Shown: positions 40,505-50,510, counted from the stretch's first letter. The stretch is 58,029 nt of DNA from Synechococcales cyanobacterium bin2.concoct.b11b12b14.033 (GCA_013298875.1 JAAFJH010000003.1:1-58029); one strand, 5' to 3'. Notes: a model not told the origin generated them from the letters alone. Made by a program: numbers and translations.

Positions 40505-41765
40505 GTTATTATTTTGGTGATTTAGGGTAAGATAAATAACAGATCAAAAAAACAAATGCAGATAAAAGAAATCCCCTTCAATATAGCGAAAGAGTTTTTA
40601 ACCGAATATCATTATTTACATTCAATCCCGAAAGGTACATCTTATTGTATTGGGGCTTTTCCTAGTTTGGACTCTAATGAATTAGAGGGAGTTATTTGTT
40701 TCGGGAATCCTATTGCTAAGAATTTATGGAAAGGTATATTTAATGTACAGGTGAGTGTTAAGGAACTTTCCAGATTAGCGATCAAAGAAGGTTCGGGCTT
40801 TATTGCTTCTCAGTTGATCAGTAAAGCTATTAAATTGGTAGATTGTGATGCGATTATATCTTATGCGGATACAAATCAAGGGCATGTTGGGATTGTATAT
40901 CAAGCTACTAATTGGCTGTATTTAGGTATTACTCAAAAGAGAACCGAATATTATTTGAAGTCTCGTCCTGACCTTCATAGTAGATCTTTATTTGGAGACA
41001 AGACAGTGCAGGAACTCCAGAAGATTTATGGTGAAGATCTAGATAAGAGGGAAACTCCCTATAAATTGAAATATCTTTATTTAAAAACCAAAAAAGCAAA
41101 GAAAAACCTTAAAGCAACCACAGAATCTTATGTTAAGACTATAGATAGTATATTAAGGAAATATATTTATTGTTGGGTAAATAAATTGAATGATAAGAAA
41201 TATGTAGGGAAAACAAGTAGACCTTTAAGTCATCGATATACTGCATTCAACCCCATAAATGGTTCTAATGGGAGGTATTTTATGAGGGCTATTTGTAAGT
41301 ACGGAAAAGAAAACTTTCAATGTTCAATATTAGAAGAGTTGCCTGGCAATATAACTTCTGAAGAGTTGAGCCAAAAAGAGCTTTATTGGATCAATAAGCT
41401 AAATACATTAAGTCCTGCGGGTTATAATGTTAGTATTCCGGATTCCGAGAATATAGGTAGTGATACTAGACCGGACATTAAAGGTATTGCTAGACCTAAA
41501 TATGTGAGGGAGAAAATTAAACTAAATTGGGAATCAAATACTAGAAAGTTTATTAGAGGTAAACTAGTTAGTCCAGAAGGAAAGTTGATTGAATTTAAGA
41601 ATTTAGCTAAATTCTTAAATGAAACAGAAGGTTTAGGTCATAAAGATGAAAGAAATATAACTGCTTTATTGAAGGGGGAAAGATATTATGTGAAGGGATG
41701 GCGAAAATATACTTCTAGTATTGATTTAATTCCCTTTTCAGAATGGGAAAAACCTAAACCAGTAT

Positions 41766-41885
41766 TTGACATACACTCTGCTCTAAAGAGCAAAGGAACT
41801 TAACGCTTCATTGAAATTTGCTAGTAAACTAGACTTACAATTTCTCTGCGTTCGTTTATAGTCTCCCAATGCCCTGTGGCGACTT
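41766..41885 (-). ncRNA. omegaRNA (reRNA) scaffold of the tnpB element
   Basis: overlaps the tnpB 3' end and right end; conserved in the orphan copy at 54741..54857. Confidence 0.7.
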
Positions 41886-42957
41886 TCTCTATATTTTTAG
41901 CGGCGTTTTCATCTCGATCATGAACAGTTCCACATCTTAAACATTCAACTGAACGAACTTTTAAATCAAGTTTTCCCCATTTATACCCGCAACTAGAACA
42001 AACTTGACTTGTAGGTTCCCAACGATTAATTACCCGACACTCTCTGCCAAACTTCTCAGACTTGCTTTCACACAAAGTTCTAAACTCTCTCCAGCCTTGC
42101 AAGCTTATTACTCGTGCCAATTTATGGTTTTTTACCATCCCCGACACGTTTAAATCTTCCAAAACAATTAGTTGATTTTCCTTTACTATTTTGGTTGACA
42201 GCTTGTGCAGAAAGTCTTTGCGTATATTTGCAATTTGATTATGCTTTTTAGCAAGTTTTAGTTTGGCTTTCAGTCTTCGGTTTGAGCCTTTTGATTTCCT
42301 TGCTAAAGCTTTTTGCAACTTCCTAACTTTTTTGTCAAGTTTTGTGTAGTTTGGGCTTTCAGCCGTCTCTCCATTGCTCAAAAATGCAAAAGTTTTTATT
42401 CCCAAATCAATACCGATACTTTGGTTTTTAGCCTCAATACTGACTGGTTCAACCTCTACGACAAAACTTAAAAAATAGCAATCAGTACAATCTTTAATTA
42501 CCGTTACCGAACTTGGCTCAGATGGCATTTCTCTTGACCAAATCGGGGTTAAATTACCAACTTTAGCCAAATAGACTTCATTATCTTTCACTGAAAAAGC
42601 ATTACTAGCGAACTCAGCCGACTGGTAGTTAGTCTTTTTCTTGAATTTTGGATATTTTATTTTTTTGCCTTTTCTTTTCCCTTTACAAGAATCAAAAAAG
42701 TTTTTAAATGCCCCTTCCAGCTTTCGGAGAGACTGTTGTAATGGAACAGATGAAACATTATTTAGCCATTCTCTTTCTTTTGTCTTTTTTGATTCAGTGA
42801 GCAAAGCCGACAATTCTTTAGAGTTTGGTTTCTTTTCAGCTTGCTTGCAAATAGCCAAAGCATCATTATACACAATCCTCACACAACCAAACAATTGAGC
42901 TAAACTCTCTTTCTGTTGGTCTGTTGGGTAAAATCTATATTGATACCTAGCTTTCAT
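41821..42957 (-). CDS. tnpB: RNA-guided endonuclease TnpB
   Basis: YRFYPT..LFGCVR; RuvC GIDLG, VLEDL, DRDENAAKNI; CSSC/CLRC zinc ribbon; catalytic residues intact. Confidence 0.95.
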   Translation of the reverse strand: MKARYQYRFYPTDQQKESLAQLFGCVRIVYNDALAICKQAEKKPNSKELSALLTESKKTKEREWLNNVSSVPLQQSLRKLEGAFKNFFDSCKGKRKGKKIKYPKFKKKTNYQSAEFASNAFSVKDNEVYLAKVGNLTPIWSREMPSEPSSVTVIKDCTDCYFLSFVVEVEPVSIEAKNQSIGIDLGIKTFAFLSNGETAESPNYTKLDKKVRKLQKALARKSKGSNRRLKAKLKLAKKHNQIANIRKDFLHKLSTKIVKENQLIVLEDLNVSGMVKNHKLARVISLQGWREFRTLCESKSEKFGRECRVINRWEPTSQVCSSCGYKWGKLDLKVRSVECLRCGTVHDRDENAAKNIEKVATGHWETINERREIVSLVY

Positions 42958-43250
42958 GCTTTATGCTAAAATGATTTAACTGTTAAATTATACTACAAGA
43001 CTCAGTAAATGCCGTCCTGAAGTTAGGGACTTTTACCTAATTTTTTCCGATAATGAAGAAACAAAACAAAAAATGTTAAAAACCTTAAATAAAAGGGTAG
43101 GTTATAAGAAGCAACTTATTAGTCCTACAGGAGAATTAATTACATTTTTTAATTATTCTGAAGTAGAAGATTTAATAGGTAGCTCTAAAGATAGTATATG
43201 TAGCTTCTATAAAAACCCTAAACGAAAAACATTTAAAGGATGGATAAAAA

Positions 43251-43448
43251 ATGATAATTAATGGTAAATATCAAATAATAGCAATTGACCGATATAGATG
43301 GAATAATAAATGTTCGGATGATGAAAAGCCTGAATATAATCTAGAGGTTGATCTATATCATATAAAAACTGGCGAAACAAGCAAAGTAAGGGGAGATGAT
43401 TTTAACCGGATAATAAGGGATTTAGTTATTGATGATGAGATGTATTAG
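43251..43448 (+). CDS. hypothetical protein
   Basis: ORF track; overlaps both neighbours. Confidence 0.45.
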   Translation: MIINGKYQIIAIDRYRWNNKCSDDEKPEYNLEVDLYHIKTGETSKVRGDDFNRIIRDLVIDDEMY

Positions 43449-44940
43449 AGATAAAGTGGATAGCGATTTAAAATACAGTCATCAAAAGCAAATAAGGGTA
43501 CAAAAAGAAATACAAGATATACAGAATAATATTTCTTATCCTATTTGTAGAATTGAAGAAAGTATAATAACACCTATTCCTCTTAAGGAAGCTAAACCAT
43601 TTATTTTAGAGTATGAATATTTAGGTACAATGTCTACTAGAATAATTCAATGTTTTGGTCTTTATTATCATGATATTTTATCGGGAGCTATCGTGTTCTC
43701 TTTACCCCCTTCAAAAGGGGTTACTGAGTCAATATTAGGCAAAGAGCATAAAGATAAGGTTTGTGTACTTTCTCGAGGTGCTTGTGCGTATTGGACACAC
43801 CTCCATTCAGGTTCTAAACTGATCTCTTATGGTACAAGATGGATGTCTCAAAACACTAAATATAAATGTTTTATAGCATATGGAGATCCAACCGCTAATG
43901 AGATCGGGACTTTATATCAAGCTTGTAACTGGATCTATACAGGACAGACAGAATCTAAAACTGAATATTATCTAAATAATAAATGGGTTTCGGGTTATGA
44001 GTTTAGGTTACAAAGAAAAAGAGAAACTCTCCCAAACAATATACTGACTAGACCTGGCTCTAAAAAACATAGATATGTTCTGATAAAAGGGAAAGATAAA
44101 AGAGAGACAAAACAACTAAAAAAACAGTTAAGACTCAATAGTTTCCCTTATCTTAAGAGACACAATATAATCTCTAAAACTACAGCTTTCAATATTAGTC
44201 TTCAAGATGTTAAGAAAAGCAATATTATTTACAAGATAACCAATAACGTGAATGATAAAGTCTACATAGGACAGACAATTCAAAATATTACTGAAAGATA
44301 TCCTGGATTAGATTTAACTAGTTCGAGAACTACAGGGTCTATACTTCAACATGCAGCCTTAAAGTACGGTAACGATAAATTTTCGGTAGAGGTTATCTAT
44401 CAATCTCCTTTTATAAATAGTCAAGAAATATTAGATGATCTGAACTCTAAAGAAAAATATTTTATTGATTTATTTCAGTCTAATAAAACGGGCTACAATA
44501 TAAGAGAGGGAGGTAAAAATCATTTTAGAACACCTGCTGAAAAGAAAAAACTATCAAACAGCCTAGTCGCTAAGAAATCTTATTTGAGGATATTTTGTGA
44601 TCCTGAAGGTAATAAAATAGAAGTATTAAATCTATCCGGTTTCTGTAAAGAGAATAAATTAGACTTTTCAGCTATGCAGAAAGTCAGTATAGGAAAAAAA
44701 TATTCTTATAAAGGATGGAGAAAATGGGAAGTAGGTCTGACAAAATATACCACACTTGAGAGTAATGAGAGAAATATAAAGGGTTCCGTCAAGGAATATA
44801 ATTTAATCAAAGAAGGAACCCCTATATATATAAAAAACCTTAAAAAATTCAGTCAGGAAAATAATTTAAATTATTCAAGCATGAGAGCTTTAGTGCAAAA
44901 AAGAACAAAAACATATAAAGGATATTTGATTAATATTTAG
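43429..44940 (+). CDS. Mom-like GNAT + GIY-YIG endonuclease fusion
   Basis: EYEYLGTM, LSRGAC, AYGDPTANEIGTLYQACNWIYTG; IIYKITNNVNDKVYIGQT..KEKYFI..GYN; YKGW repeats. Confidence 0.75.
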   Translation: MMMRCIRDKVDSDLKYSHQKQIRVQKEIQDIQNNISYPICRIEESIITPIPLKEAKPFILEYEYLGTMSTRIIQCFGLYYHDILSGAIVFSLPPSKGVTESILGKEHKDKVCVLSRGACAYWTHLHSGSKLISYGTRWMSQNTKYKCFIAYGDPTANEIGTLYQACNWIYTGQTESKTEYYLNNKWVSGYEFRLQRKRETLPNNILTRPGSKKHRYVLIKGKDKRETKQLKKQLRLNSFPYLKRHNIISKTTAFNISLQDVKKSNIIYKITNNVNDKVYIGQTIQNITERYPGLDLTSSRTTGSILQHAALKYGNDKFSVEVIYQSPFINSQEILDDLNSKEKYFIDLFQSNKTGYNIREGGKNHFRTPAEKKKLSNSLVAKKSYLRIFCDPEGNKIEVLNLSGFCKENKLDFSAMQKVSIGKKYSYKGWRKWEVGLTKYTTLESNERNIKGSVKEYNLIKEGTPIYIKNLKKFSQENNLNYSSMRALVQKRTKTYKGYLINI

Positions 44941-45071
44941 TTTGTTGATAAATCCCATATTCGGGAAAAAGTAGAAATAATATATCTGAAGGGAAATCTT
45001 TTAAAAACTTATCTCTTAGCTCTATATTAGGGAAAATAGCGAAATAACTCAGCAAAGGTAACTATTATATA

Positions 45072-45953
45072 CTAAATCAGATCAGATATAGCTAAATTAG
45101 AAGCCAATTTCGGATTTGTTATATAAGGAATGGGAGTAGATAACAATATAGGAACCACTTCAAATATAGATTGAAGAGTAGTTTCTTCAATATTACATGG
45201 GAGTAATTTGTGAATAGTTTTAATTTTTTTGTTATCAAAAATCCCGAAATCCTTGAATATTCGTTCTTCAAAATTTGTTTTTAAATTAGTTAAAAACTCT
45301 GTTTTAGACTCTTTAAGACTTAAGGCTGAAAGGACAGTTTCGAGGAGTGTTTTTTTATTTGACGCTGTTATGTATTGATTAGATAGGCAAGAGCAATAAG
45401 AAAACAAATCCAAGAGACTGATTTGATTTTCTGTTCCTATACTTAATTCCAATTTTTTAAAGAAAAACATTAGAAATGTATTTAATCCTAGTTTATCTGT
45501 ATTCTCTTCGGAAACAACAATGGAAGATAAACAATCATCCGAGCTTTTACTTACCTCATAACTACTAGCAGATAAAATGCAAAGTGGTTTTTGTGTTTTC
45601 AAATCTAGATACTTAAATATCCCAGCATAGCAATGCCCTAATACAAGAACTAGAGAGGTTAGATGTAAATTCGATTCATAAAAAGAGATAATATTCTTTG
45701 GTGTTAAACAATTAACTACATTTACCCCTTCAAAAATAAGTAAACCATCTTGATTTCCGTGTCCAATGGTGACTATTATTGCTCGGTTATATTTTTTATC
45801 AACGGTAATAGTATCTAAAGAATCAAAAGGAGATAAGATTTTAATATTTTCTTGACTTACCCCACTATTTTTTAAAGCGTTACAAGCAAAATCCAAATCA
45901 TTCTTAAATCTTGGTTCCTTGTAATTACTAATAATAAAAATCCAATAAGTCAT
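45072..45953 (-). CDS. caspase/legumain (C13-like) fold cysteine peptidase
   Basis: IIVTIGHG (His) and LVLGHCYAGIF (Cys) dyad; RFKNDL..ENI N-terminus. Confidence 0.65.
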   Translation of the reverse strand: MTYWIFIISNYKEPRFKNDLDFACNALKNSGVSQENIKILSPFDSLDTITVDKKYNRAIIVTIGHGNQDGLLIFEGVNVVNCLTPKNIISFYESNLHLTSLVLVLGHCYAGIFKYLDLKTQKPLCILSASSYEVSKSSDDCLSSIVVSEENTDKLGLNTFLMFFFKKLELSIGTENQISLLDLFSYCSCLSNQYITASNKKTLLETVLSALSLKESKTEFLTNLKTNFEERIFKDFGIFDNKKIKTIHKLLPCNIEETTLQSIFEVVPILLSTPIPYITNPKLASNLAISDLI

Positions 45954-46288
45954 TACTTTCTCACATTCCTTTTTAGATTTTCAAAGTCTATCAAGAATTT
46001 GACTTCTTCTCTTGTTTCAATCCGTTCACATTGTTCTTTTGCCATTTTATTCCAATAATTACCATGAAAGTGTCCTTCAGGGAGTGTATTTCCGAACTGG
46101 TCTAAGAACCATCCATCATATTCGCAATTAGCAAACTTAAACGTATATGTCAATAAATAACTGGCAGGATAATCATCTCCAGCTTTCAATGTGATCTTTT
46201 CTAATTTCCATTCTCTCTGATTCGTGATTAAGCTTTTAAGTGTATTACTAGGTAAATCAGGCAATTGTCTGGGAGACGTTATATACAT
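45953..46288 (-). CDS. hypothetical protein translationally coupled to the peptidase
   Basis: TAATG overlap. Confidence 0.55.
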   Translation of the reverse strand: MYITSPRQLPDLPSNTLKSLITNQREWKLEKITLKAGDDYPASYLLTYTFKFANCEYDGWFLDQFGNTLPEGHFHGNYWNKMAKEQCERIETREEVKFLIDFENLKRNVRK

Positions 46289-46308
46289 TTAGGTCTGGGG
46301 GTCGGTTA

Positions 46309-46527
46309 TTAAAGAACTTCTCTTCCCATAGCCTTCAAGCACTGAACTAAAAAGATAGCAGAGAAAGTACCTCTGTTAATTTTATTATTGATGCTATGAG
46401 GTTTCTCATGCACACCAATTTCCGCTAACAAATTAGCCAAATCTTCAAAACTTAAGTTACGCCTTGCCATCTCGGCTTTCAATAAGCCCCTGACGTAAAA
46501 CGCCCATTTGTCTTTTTCTTCTTCCAT
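46309..46527 (-). CDS. DUF6471-like HTH regulator
   Basis: GLLKAEMARR.L...LA..L..IGV.E....I.NKINRGTFSA.F.VQCL; divergent from the transposase. Confidence 0.7.
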   Translation of the reverse strand: MEEEKDKWAFYVRGLLKAEMARRNLSFEDLANLLAEIGVHEKPHSINNKINRGTFSAIFLVQCLKAMGREVL

Positions 46528-46623
46528 ATCTCTAATTCTTTTAACCGTACTACGTTAATTTTACTCATATTTGGGGAATATTACACTCATGAAAACAATA
46601 ATCTTTATATTTAAAAACCAAAC

Positions 46624-47637
46624 ATGGCAAAACATTTTCTATATTCTGCTGAGGCACGCACTATATCACTGAAACAAGTCTTTAACATGACTGAAGAGGA
46701 AGCTCATGAGCTATTCAAGCAAATCAGGTGGGAAGAAAATGCTGGTAATCCTATTTGTCCTCATTGTGGTAGCCGTCATAAAATTTATTGGGTGAAGTCC
46801 AAAAAGGCTTGGAAATGTGCTAGATGTACTAAAAGGTTTTCGGTTACTTCCGGAACTATATTTGCCCACCATAAGCTCTTATTGAAAGATTATTTAGCCG
46901 CTATTGTGATTTTTGCAAACTCAGTTAAGGGAATTAGTGCCTCTCAGCTTTGTCGAGACCTAGACGTTCAACATTTAACTGCTTTTGTTTTATCTCATAA
47001 AATCAGAGAAGCTTTAGTGAACTTTAGAGATACTAGCTTACTAGAAGGAGAAGTTGAAATTGATGGTGCTTATTTCGGGGGTTACGTGAAGCCCAAGAAT
47101 AAGAAAGAAGACCGAATTGACCGTAGATTAGCTGAAAATCAAAACCCAAATAAAAGATGCGTTATGGTTATACGTGAAAGAAGCCAAACTCCTGAATTGA
47201 AGGGTGCGGCTAGAACCGTTACATTTATCGTGAAGGAAGAAAATCAAGCCGCCACACAGAGAATTGATTCCGATGCTTCAATCCATGCAGATCAACATGC
47301 AAGTTATGATTTATTACATTCAAAGTTTGACGTGAAGCGTGTAAACCACGATAAGGAGTATAAGAATAAAGACACAAAAGCATGTACTAATTTAGCCGAA
47401 AGTTATTTTGCAAGGTTCACGAGATGCTTTGTAGGTCAACACCATAGAATGAGCCCAGTTTATTTACCATATTATGCTCAAGAGATAGCTTACAGAGAAG
47501 ATACCAGAAGGAAAAGTAATGGCGATATAGTGATTGATATTTTATCCAAAGCACTAAAAAGCCCAACCAGTAAAGAGTTGTGTGGTTATTGGCAAGGAAA
47601 TCATCGTAAAGTGGAATTGTTAGGATTGACTGCTTGA
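46624..47637 (+). CDS. IS1595-family transposase
   Basis: CPHCG..WKCARC zinc ribbon, FSVTSGTIF, EVEIDGAYFGG, IHADQ, VNH..TNLAESYF. Confidence 0.9.
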   Translation: MAKHFLYSAEARTISLKQVFNMTEEEAHELFKQIRWEENAGNPICPHCGSRHKIYWVKSKKAWKCARCTKRFSVTSGTIFAHHKLLLKDYLAAIVIFANSVKGISASQLCRDLDVQHLTAFVLSHKIREALVNFRDTSLLEGEVEIDGAYFGGYVKPKNKKEDRIDRRLAENQNPNKRCVMVIRERSQTPELKGAARTVTFIVKEENQAATQRIDSDASIHADQHASYDLLHSKFDVKRVNHDKEYKNKDTKACTNLAESYFARFTRCFVGQHHRMSPVYLPYYAQEIAYREDTRRKSNGDIVIDILSKALKSPTSKELCGYWQGNHRKVELLGLTA

Positions 47638-47681
47638 AGTTATCATAAATAATAAATTTTCAATAGACAAATTAAAAATTT

Positions 47682-47912
47682 ATGAAAAACTACCATTTAA
47701 CATATAATAAAGAAACCACACAATGGGGACTGCTAGAAGAAAACAATAGAACTCCAATTAAAGAGTTTTTAACAAAAAAAGAAGGAACAAAGTCCTCTAC
47801 TAAATATGTAGAAGAAAAACATGGTTCTTTGAAAATCCATTATCAAAACGGAGATTTTCAAGAAGAAAGAACATATCCCAGAGGTGCAGATCCTAAAAAA
47901 TCAAAAGGATAA
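47682..47912 (+). CDS. DUF2188-like protein
   Basis: TKKEG..SLKIH..NG.FQEERTYPRGADPKKSKG. Confidence 0.7.
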   Translation: MKNYHLTYNKETTQWGLLEENNRTPIKEFLTKKEGTKSSTKYVEEKHGSLKIHYQNGDFQEERTYPRGADPKKSKG

Positions 47913-47915
47913 TTT

Positions 47916-48104
47916 TCAAATAACACTAAATAGTTCTGGATCATGCTCAAATACATCATTTGGAACCACTATGCTTAGGTTGTAATCAGGAGTTATAAAT
48001 ACATCCTTCTGATAGAAATGTGCAAAGTATTTAATATCTGCACTACTTTCTTCAAATACTGTCCCGGCGGGAATTACTAGATCTTTTTGTAACTTTATTG
48101 ACAT
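47916..48104 (-). CDS. hypothetical protein
   Basis: ORF track. Confidence 0.5.
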   Translation of the reverse strand: MSIKLQKDLVIPAGTVFEESSADIKYFAHFYQKDVFITPDYNLSIVVPNDVFEHDPELFSVI

Positions 48105-48202
48105 TGTTTTGTTTTTGGGACTTTATCAAATAATTTTAGAGTTTGAAGCAAAAAGGCAACTAAATAGTACCTAGAACTCTCGAAATTATTAATAGAGACT
48201 CT

Positions 48203-48706
48203 TTAATTATCATCTTTAGCAATGATAAAAAACAATTCTAAAATCTGATATGCACTTGTTAAGGCAAATGCAAGAACAGATACAGTTAAACCAGCTAAAA
48301 AATCTACAATACTACAGCAGTAGAGTATTTTTATTGAAATACTACATGAACGAGAAGTATGAGATACATGATCTGAGTTAATTAATATTGTGGATACTAA
48401 GGCAAGGATTACGGTATAAAAATTGGAAGTTATGGAAACAAAAAAGAGATTTACTATAGATTCAAATCTACCTATATCTTTTAATTGTTTTACCTTATAT
48501 CGATTTCCCATAGAGAGAAAACTTCCAAAAGTAACCATTAAAAAGCCAAAGAGGATAGAACTTATGCTGGCAATAAGCACAAATATAGAACTTAAATTAA
48601 AGTTCGTATTACAGTGACCAAATGAACACAAAGACAAATAAAGAACCAGAGCAATTATCGCTGCTAAGTAAGGTTTTATATATTCTTTTTGTCGGTTTGT
48701 AATCAT
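48203..48706 (-). CDS. four-TM membrane protein
   Basis: four hydrophobic segments; operon with 48732..49688. Confidence 0.65.
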   Translation of the reverse strand: MITNRQKEYIKPYLAAIIALVLYLSLCSFGHCNTNFNLSSIFVLIASISSILFGFLMVTFGSFLSMGNRYKVKQLKDIGRFESIVNLFFVSITSNFYTVILALVSTILINSDHVSHTSRSCSISIKILYCCSIVDFLAGLTVSVLAFALTSAYQILELFFIIAKDDN

Positions 48707-48731
48707 GAAAATTGTTACTTAACAGATAATT

Positions 48732-49688
48732 TTAATTGCTTCCATCTAATTTCTTCATTTTCTTTATAGATTCTTCATTTCTTTGCCATGCTTGATAAAT
48801 TAATTCTAGCTTTGATTCATATGAGGCGATTTTGTCCATACATTCATATTCTACACTTTCTCTCATTCGATGCTTTATTAAATCTATTGTTTGTGAAGGA
48901 TAATTAAAATTCTTTTTTCCTTTCACCGTAATTTTGTCTACTTTCCCTCTTTTTTCGTTTCGATTAAAAACATCTTTTAAAAATTTTATTATAGAGGGTT
49001 TATCCAGATACTCAGAATTTAAAGAATTATCTAAATTTGCCTTTTTGGATTCTCGCATTTTTTTCGGACTTCTTAGCATTTTAGCCCCTATTTCAATAAC
49101 TGGACTTCTTAATCTCTCTGAAAGAATCAGTAATTCTTTTTCCGACTTTTCATTTTCAGGATCTAGAACACTAAGATCATTTAACCCAGAAAGCTGAACG
49201 CAAAAACATTCTACAAGTTCAAATGAATCAATCTGTAGAAAAAAATCTTCTTTAACTTTTATCCCTAATTGAAATTGTCCATTTATAGACTTCTCGGAAA
49301 AAAAATTCTCAACAATTTTATGGCTTATTGAGCCGTTCTCTTCTAATAAAATCGAATGAAAAGTTGGGCAATAAAGAAATACGGCTGTAGTAGCTATCTG
49401 CTTGTCATCGGGAAGGGAAGAAGCTTCATAACCTAGTTTGCTTTTGCTGCCAGTAATTAGCGAATCATCCAATAATCTTAAAAATTCCCCCTCCCATAAT
49501 GAGGTTTTTTCATTAAATTTGATAGTTTCTAGTCTAATAATTTTATCATCTGATATAGGGAGGTTCCTCCTTTCAGATAATCCGTTTATACTGCTAAGTT
49601 CTTTAAGTAGCTCTCCTAAAGTATATTTTGAACCTTCTAGAGAGTAAACCTCAAAAAAATTTACTCCTAATTTTCTTTTTTTTCTCAT
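48732..49688 (-). CDS. DUF6731/DUF4747-like protein
   Basis: V.FFEV start, IRLE....W.G.F.RL, IDLIKHRM end; family recalled, not searched. Confidence 0.5.
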   Translation of the reverse strand: MRKKRKLGVNFFEVYSLEGSKYTLGELLKELSSINGLSERRNLPISDDKIIRLETIKFNEKTSLWEGEFLRLLDDSLITGSKSKLGYEASSLPDDKQIATTAVFLYCPTFHSILLEENGSISHKIVENFFSEKSINGQFQLGIKVKEDFFLQIDSFELVECFCVQLSGLNDLSVLDPENEKSEKELLILSERLRSPVIEIGAKMLRSPKKMRESKKANLDNSLNSEYLDKPSIIKFLKDVFNRNEKRGKVDKITVKGKKNFNYPSQTIDLIKHRMRESVEYECMDKIASYESKLELIYQAWQRNEESIKKMKKLDGSN

Positions 49689-49757
49689 GAAATATTTTTT
49701 AAATTAAATAAACTTTATTATCTTTAGGGAATTTTTTCAATAAATCTTTTCTGTAAA

Positions 49758-50009
49758 CTACCTAAGCATCACCTTTTTAGGGTCATCAATTTTGATTTCC
49801 CTGCATCCAATAACATATAGGCATTCAAACAAAAAGGTAGCTGAAAATTTAGCTCTATTAATTTTGTTTATCAAGTTCTTTGGATCTTCAATTATTCCTA
49901 TTTCTTTAAGCAAAGATGCCAACTTACTATAACTAACTTTCCTACGTACAAGATCAGCCTTGAGCAATCCTTTTATGTATTCTTCCCATAATTTATCTGG
50001 TGCATCCAT
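49758..50009 (-). CDS. second DUF6471-like HTH regulator
   Basis: paralogue of 46309..46527 (GLLKA..RR..NKINR.KFSA.F). Confidence 0.7.
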   Translation of the reverse strand: MDAPDKLWEEYIKGLLKADLVRRKVSYSKLASLLKEIGIIEDPKNLINKINRAKFSATFLFECLYVIGCREIKIDDPKKVMLR

Positions 50010-50137
50010 TTGAAACCACCCTGAACTATCTTGAATTGATTTTATTGCTTGGGAACTTTTAACACTGCTAAAACATCAAAATTAATGTTGGTGCATCGTA
50101 TTTGATACCAGCTTTACTAATTTAATGGGGATTTTCT

Positions 50138-50311
50138 ATGAAAAAATTACTTTTTGCTACTTTGCTTCTTATACCTTTAGTAAATTCTTTCTCTGCTATG
50201 GCAATTGAAATTGAAACTATATGCTGTAAAACTACTTCAAGTGGTCAGAAATTTTGTAGGCTTATAGTAAGTGAATATGGATTTTGCCCAATGGGATGGC
50301 AGAGGGAGTAA
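50138..50311 (+). CDS. small secreted 4-Cys peptide (57 aa, not in track)
   Basis: MKKLLFATLLLIPLVNSFSAMA signal + IEIETICCKTTSSGQKFCRLIVSEYGFCPMGWQRE. Confidence 0.6.
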   Translation: MKKLLFATLLLIPLVNSFSAMAIEIETICCKTTSSGQKFCRLIVSEYGFCPMGWQRE

Positions 50312-50314
50312 CAT

Positions 50315-50452
50315 ATGAAACAAATACTTATATCTTTAGCATTCAGCTTAGTTTTATTACTGAATCAAATAAGTTATGCTAGTTGTGAATGCACGGGCTG
50401 CGATACCTGTACAAGGGGTGATTGCTCCTGTAGTTCTTGTGAATGTGATTAA
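50315..50452 (+). CDS. secreted metallothionein-like peptide copy 1 (45 aa)
   Basis: signal peptide + SCECTGCDTCTRGDCSCSSCECD; GGGAG RBS; paralogue at 53049. Confidence 0.7.
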   Translation: MKQILISLAFSLVLLLNQISYASCECTGCDTCTRGDCSCSSCECD

Positions 50453-50510
50453 TGACTGTAACTAATAGACAGTAATTCAGAGGACATCATTAGACTAACT
50501 GGTGATGTTC
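50381..50510 (+). repeat. about 130-bp direct repeat copy 1, including terminator
   Basis: matches 53112..53241; ends in GGACATCA..TGATGTTC plus T-run. Confidence 0.85.

Larger units (their letters stand above)
41766..43037 (-). mobile_element. tnpB-only IS200/IS605-family element (ends +/- a few nt)
   Basis: left end GGTAAAAGTCCCTAACTTCAGGACGGC; right end hairpin then GTGTATGTCAA; no tnpA. Confidence 0.8.
40556..43261 (+). pseudogene. Mom-like GNAT + GIY-YIG endonuclease fusion interrupted by a tnpB element (40556..41803 remains open)
   Basis: EYHYLH, ELSRL, SYADTNQGHVGIVYQATNWLYLG; YIYCWVNKLNDKKYVGKT; removing 41766..43037 restores an in-frame 477-aa ORF. Confidence 0.75.
44945..48129. 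mobile_element. IS1595-family transposon with passenger genes
   Basis: imperfect terminal inverted repeats TTGATAAATCCCA (44945) and TGGGACTTTATCAA (48116..48129) bracket the transposase. Confidence 0.55.

Noticed and set aside
40445-44940. Group I intron housing the GIY-YIG genes
   Set aside because: The capsid gene is complete and followed by a terminator; no split host gene or intron core recognised
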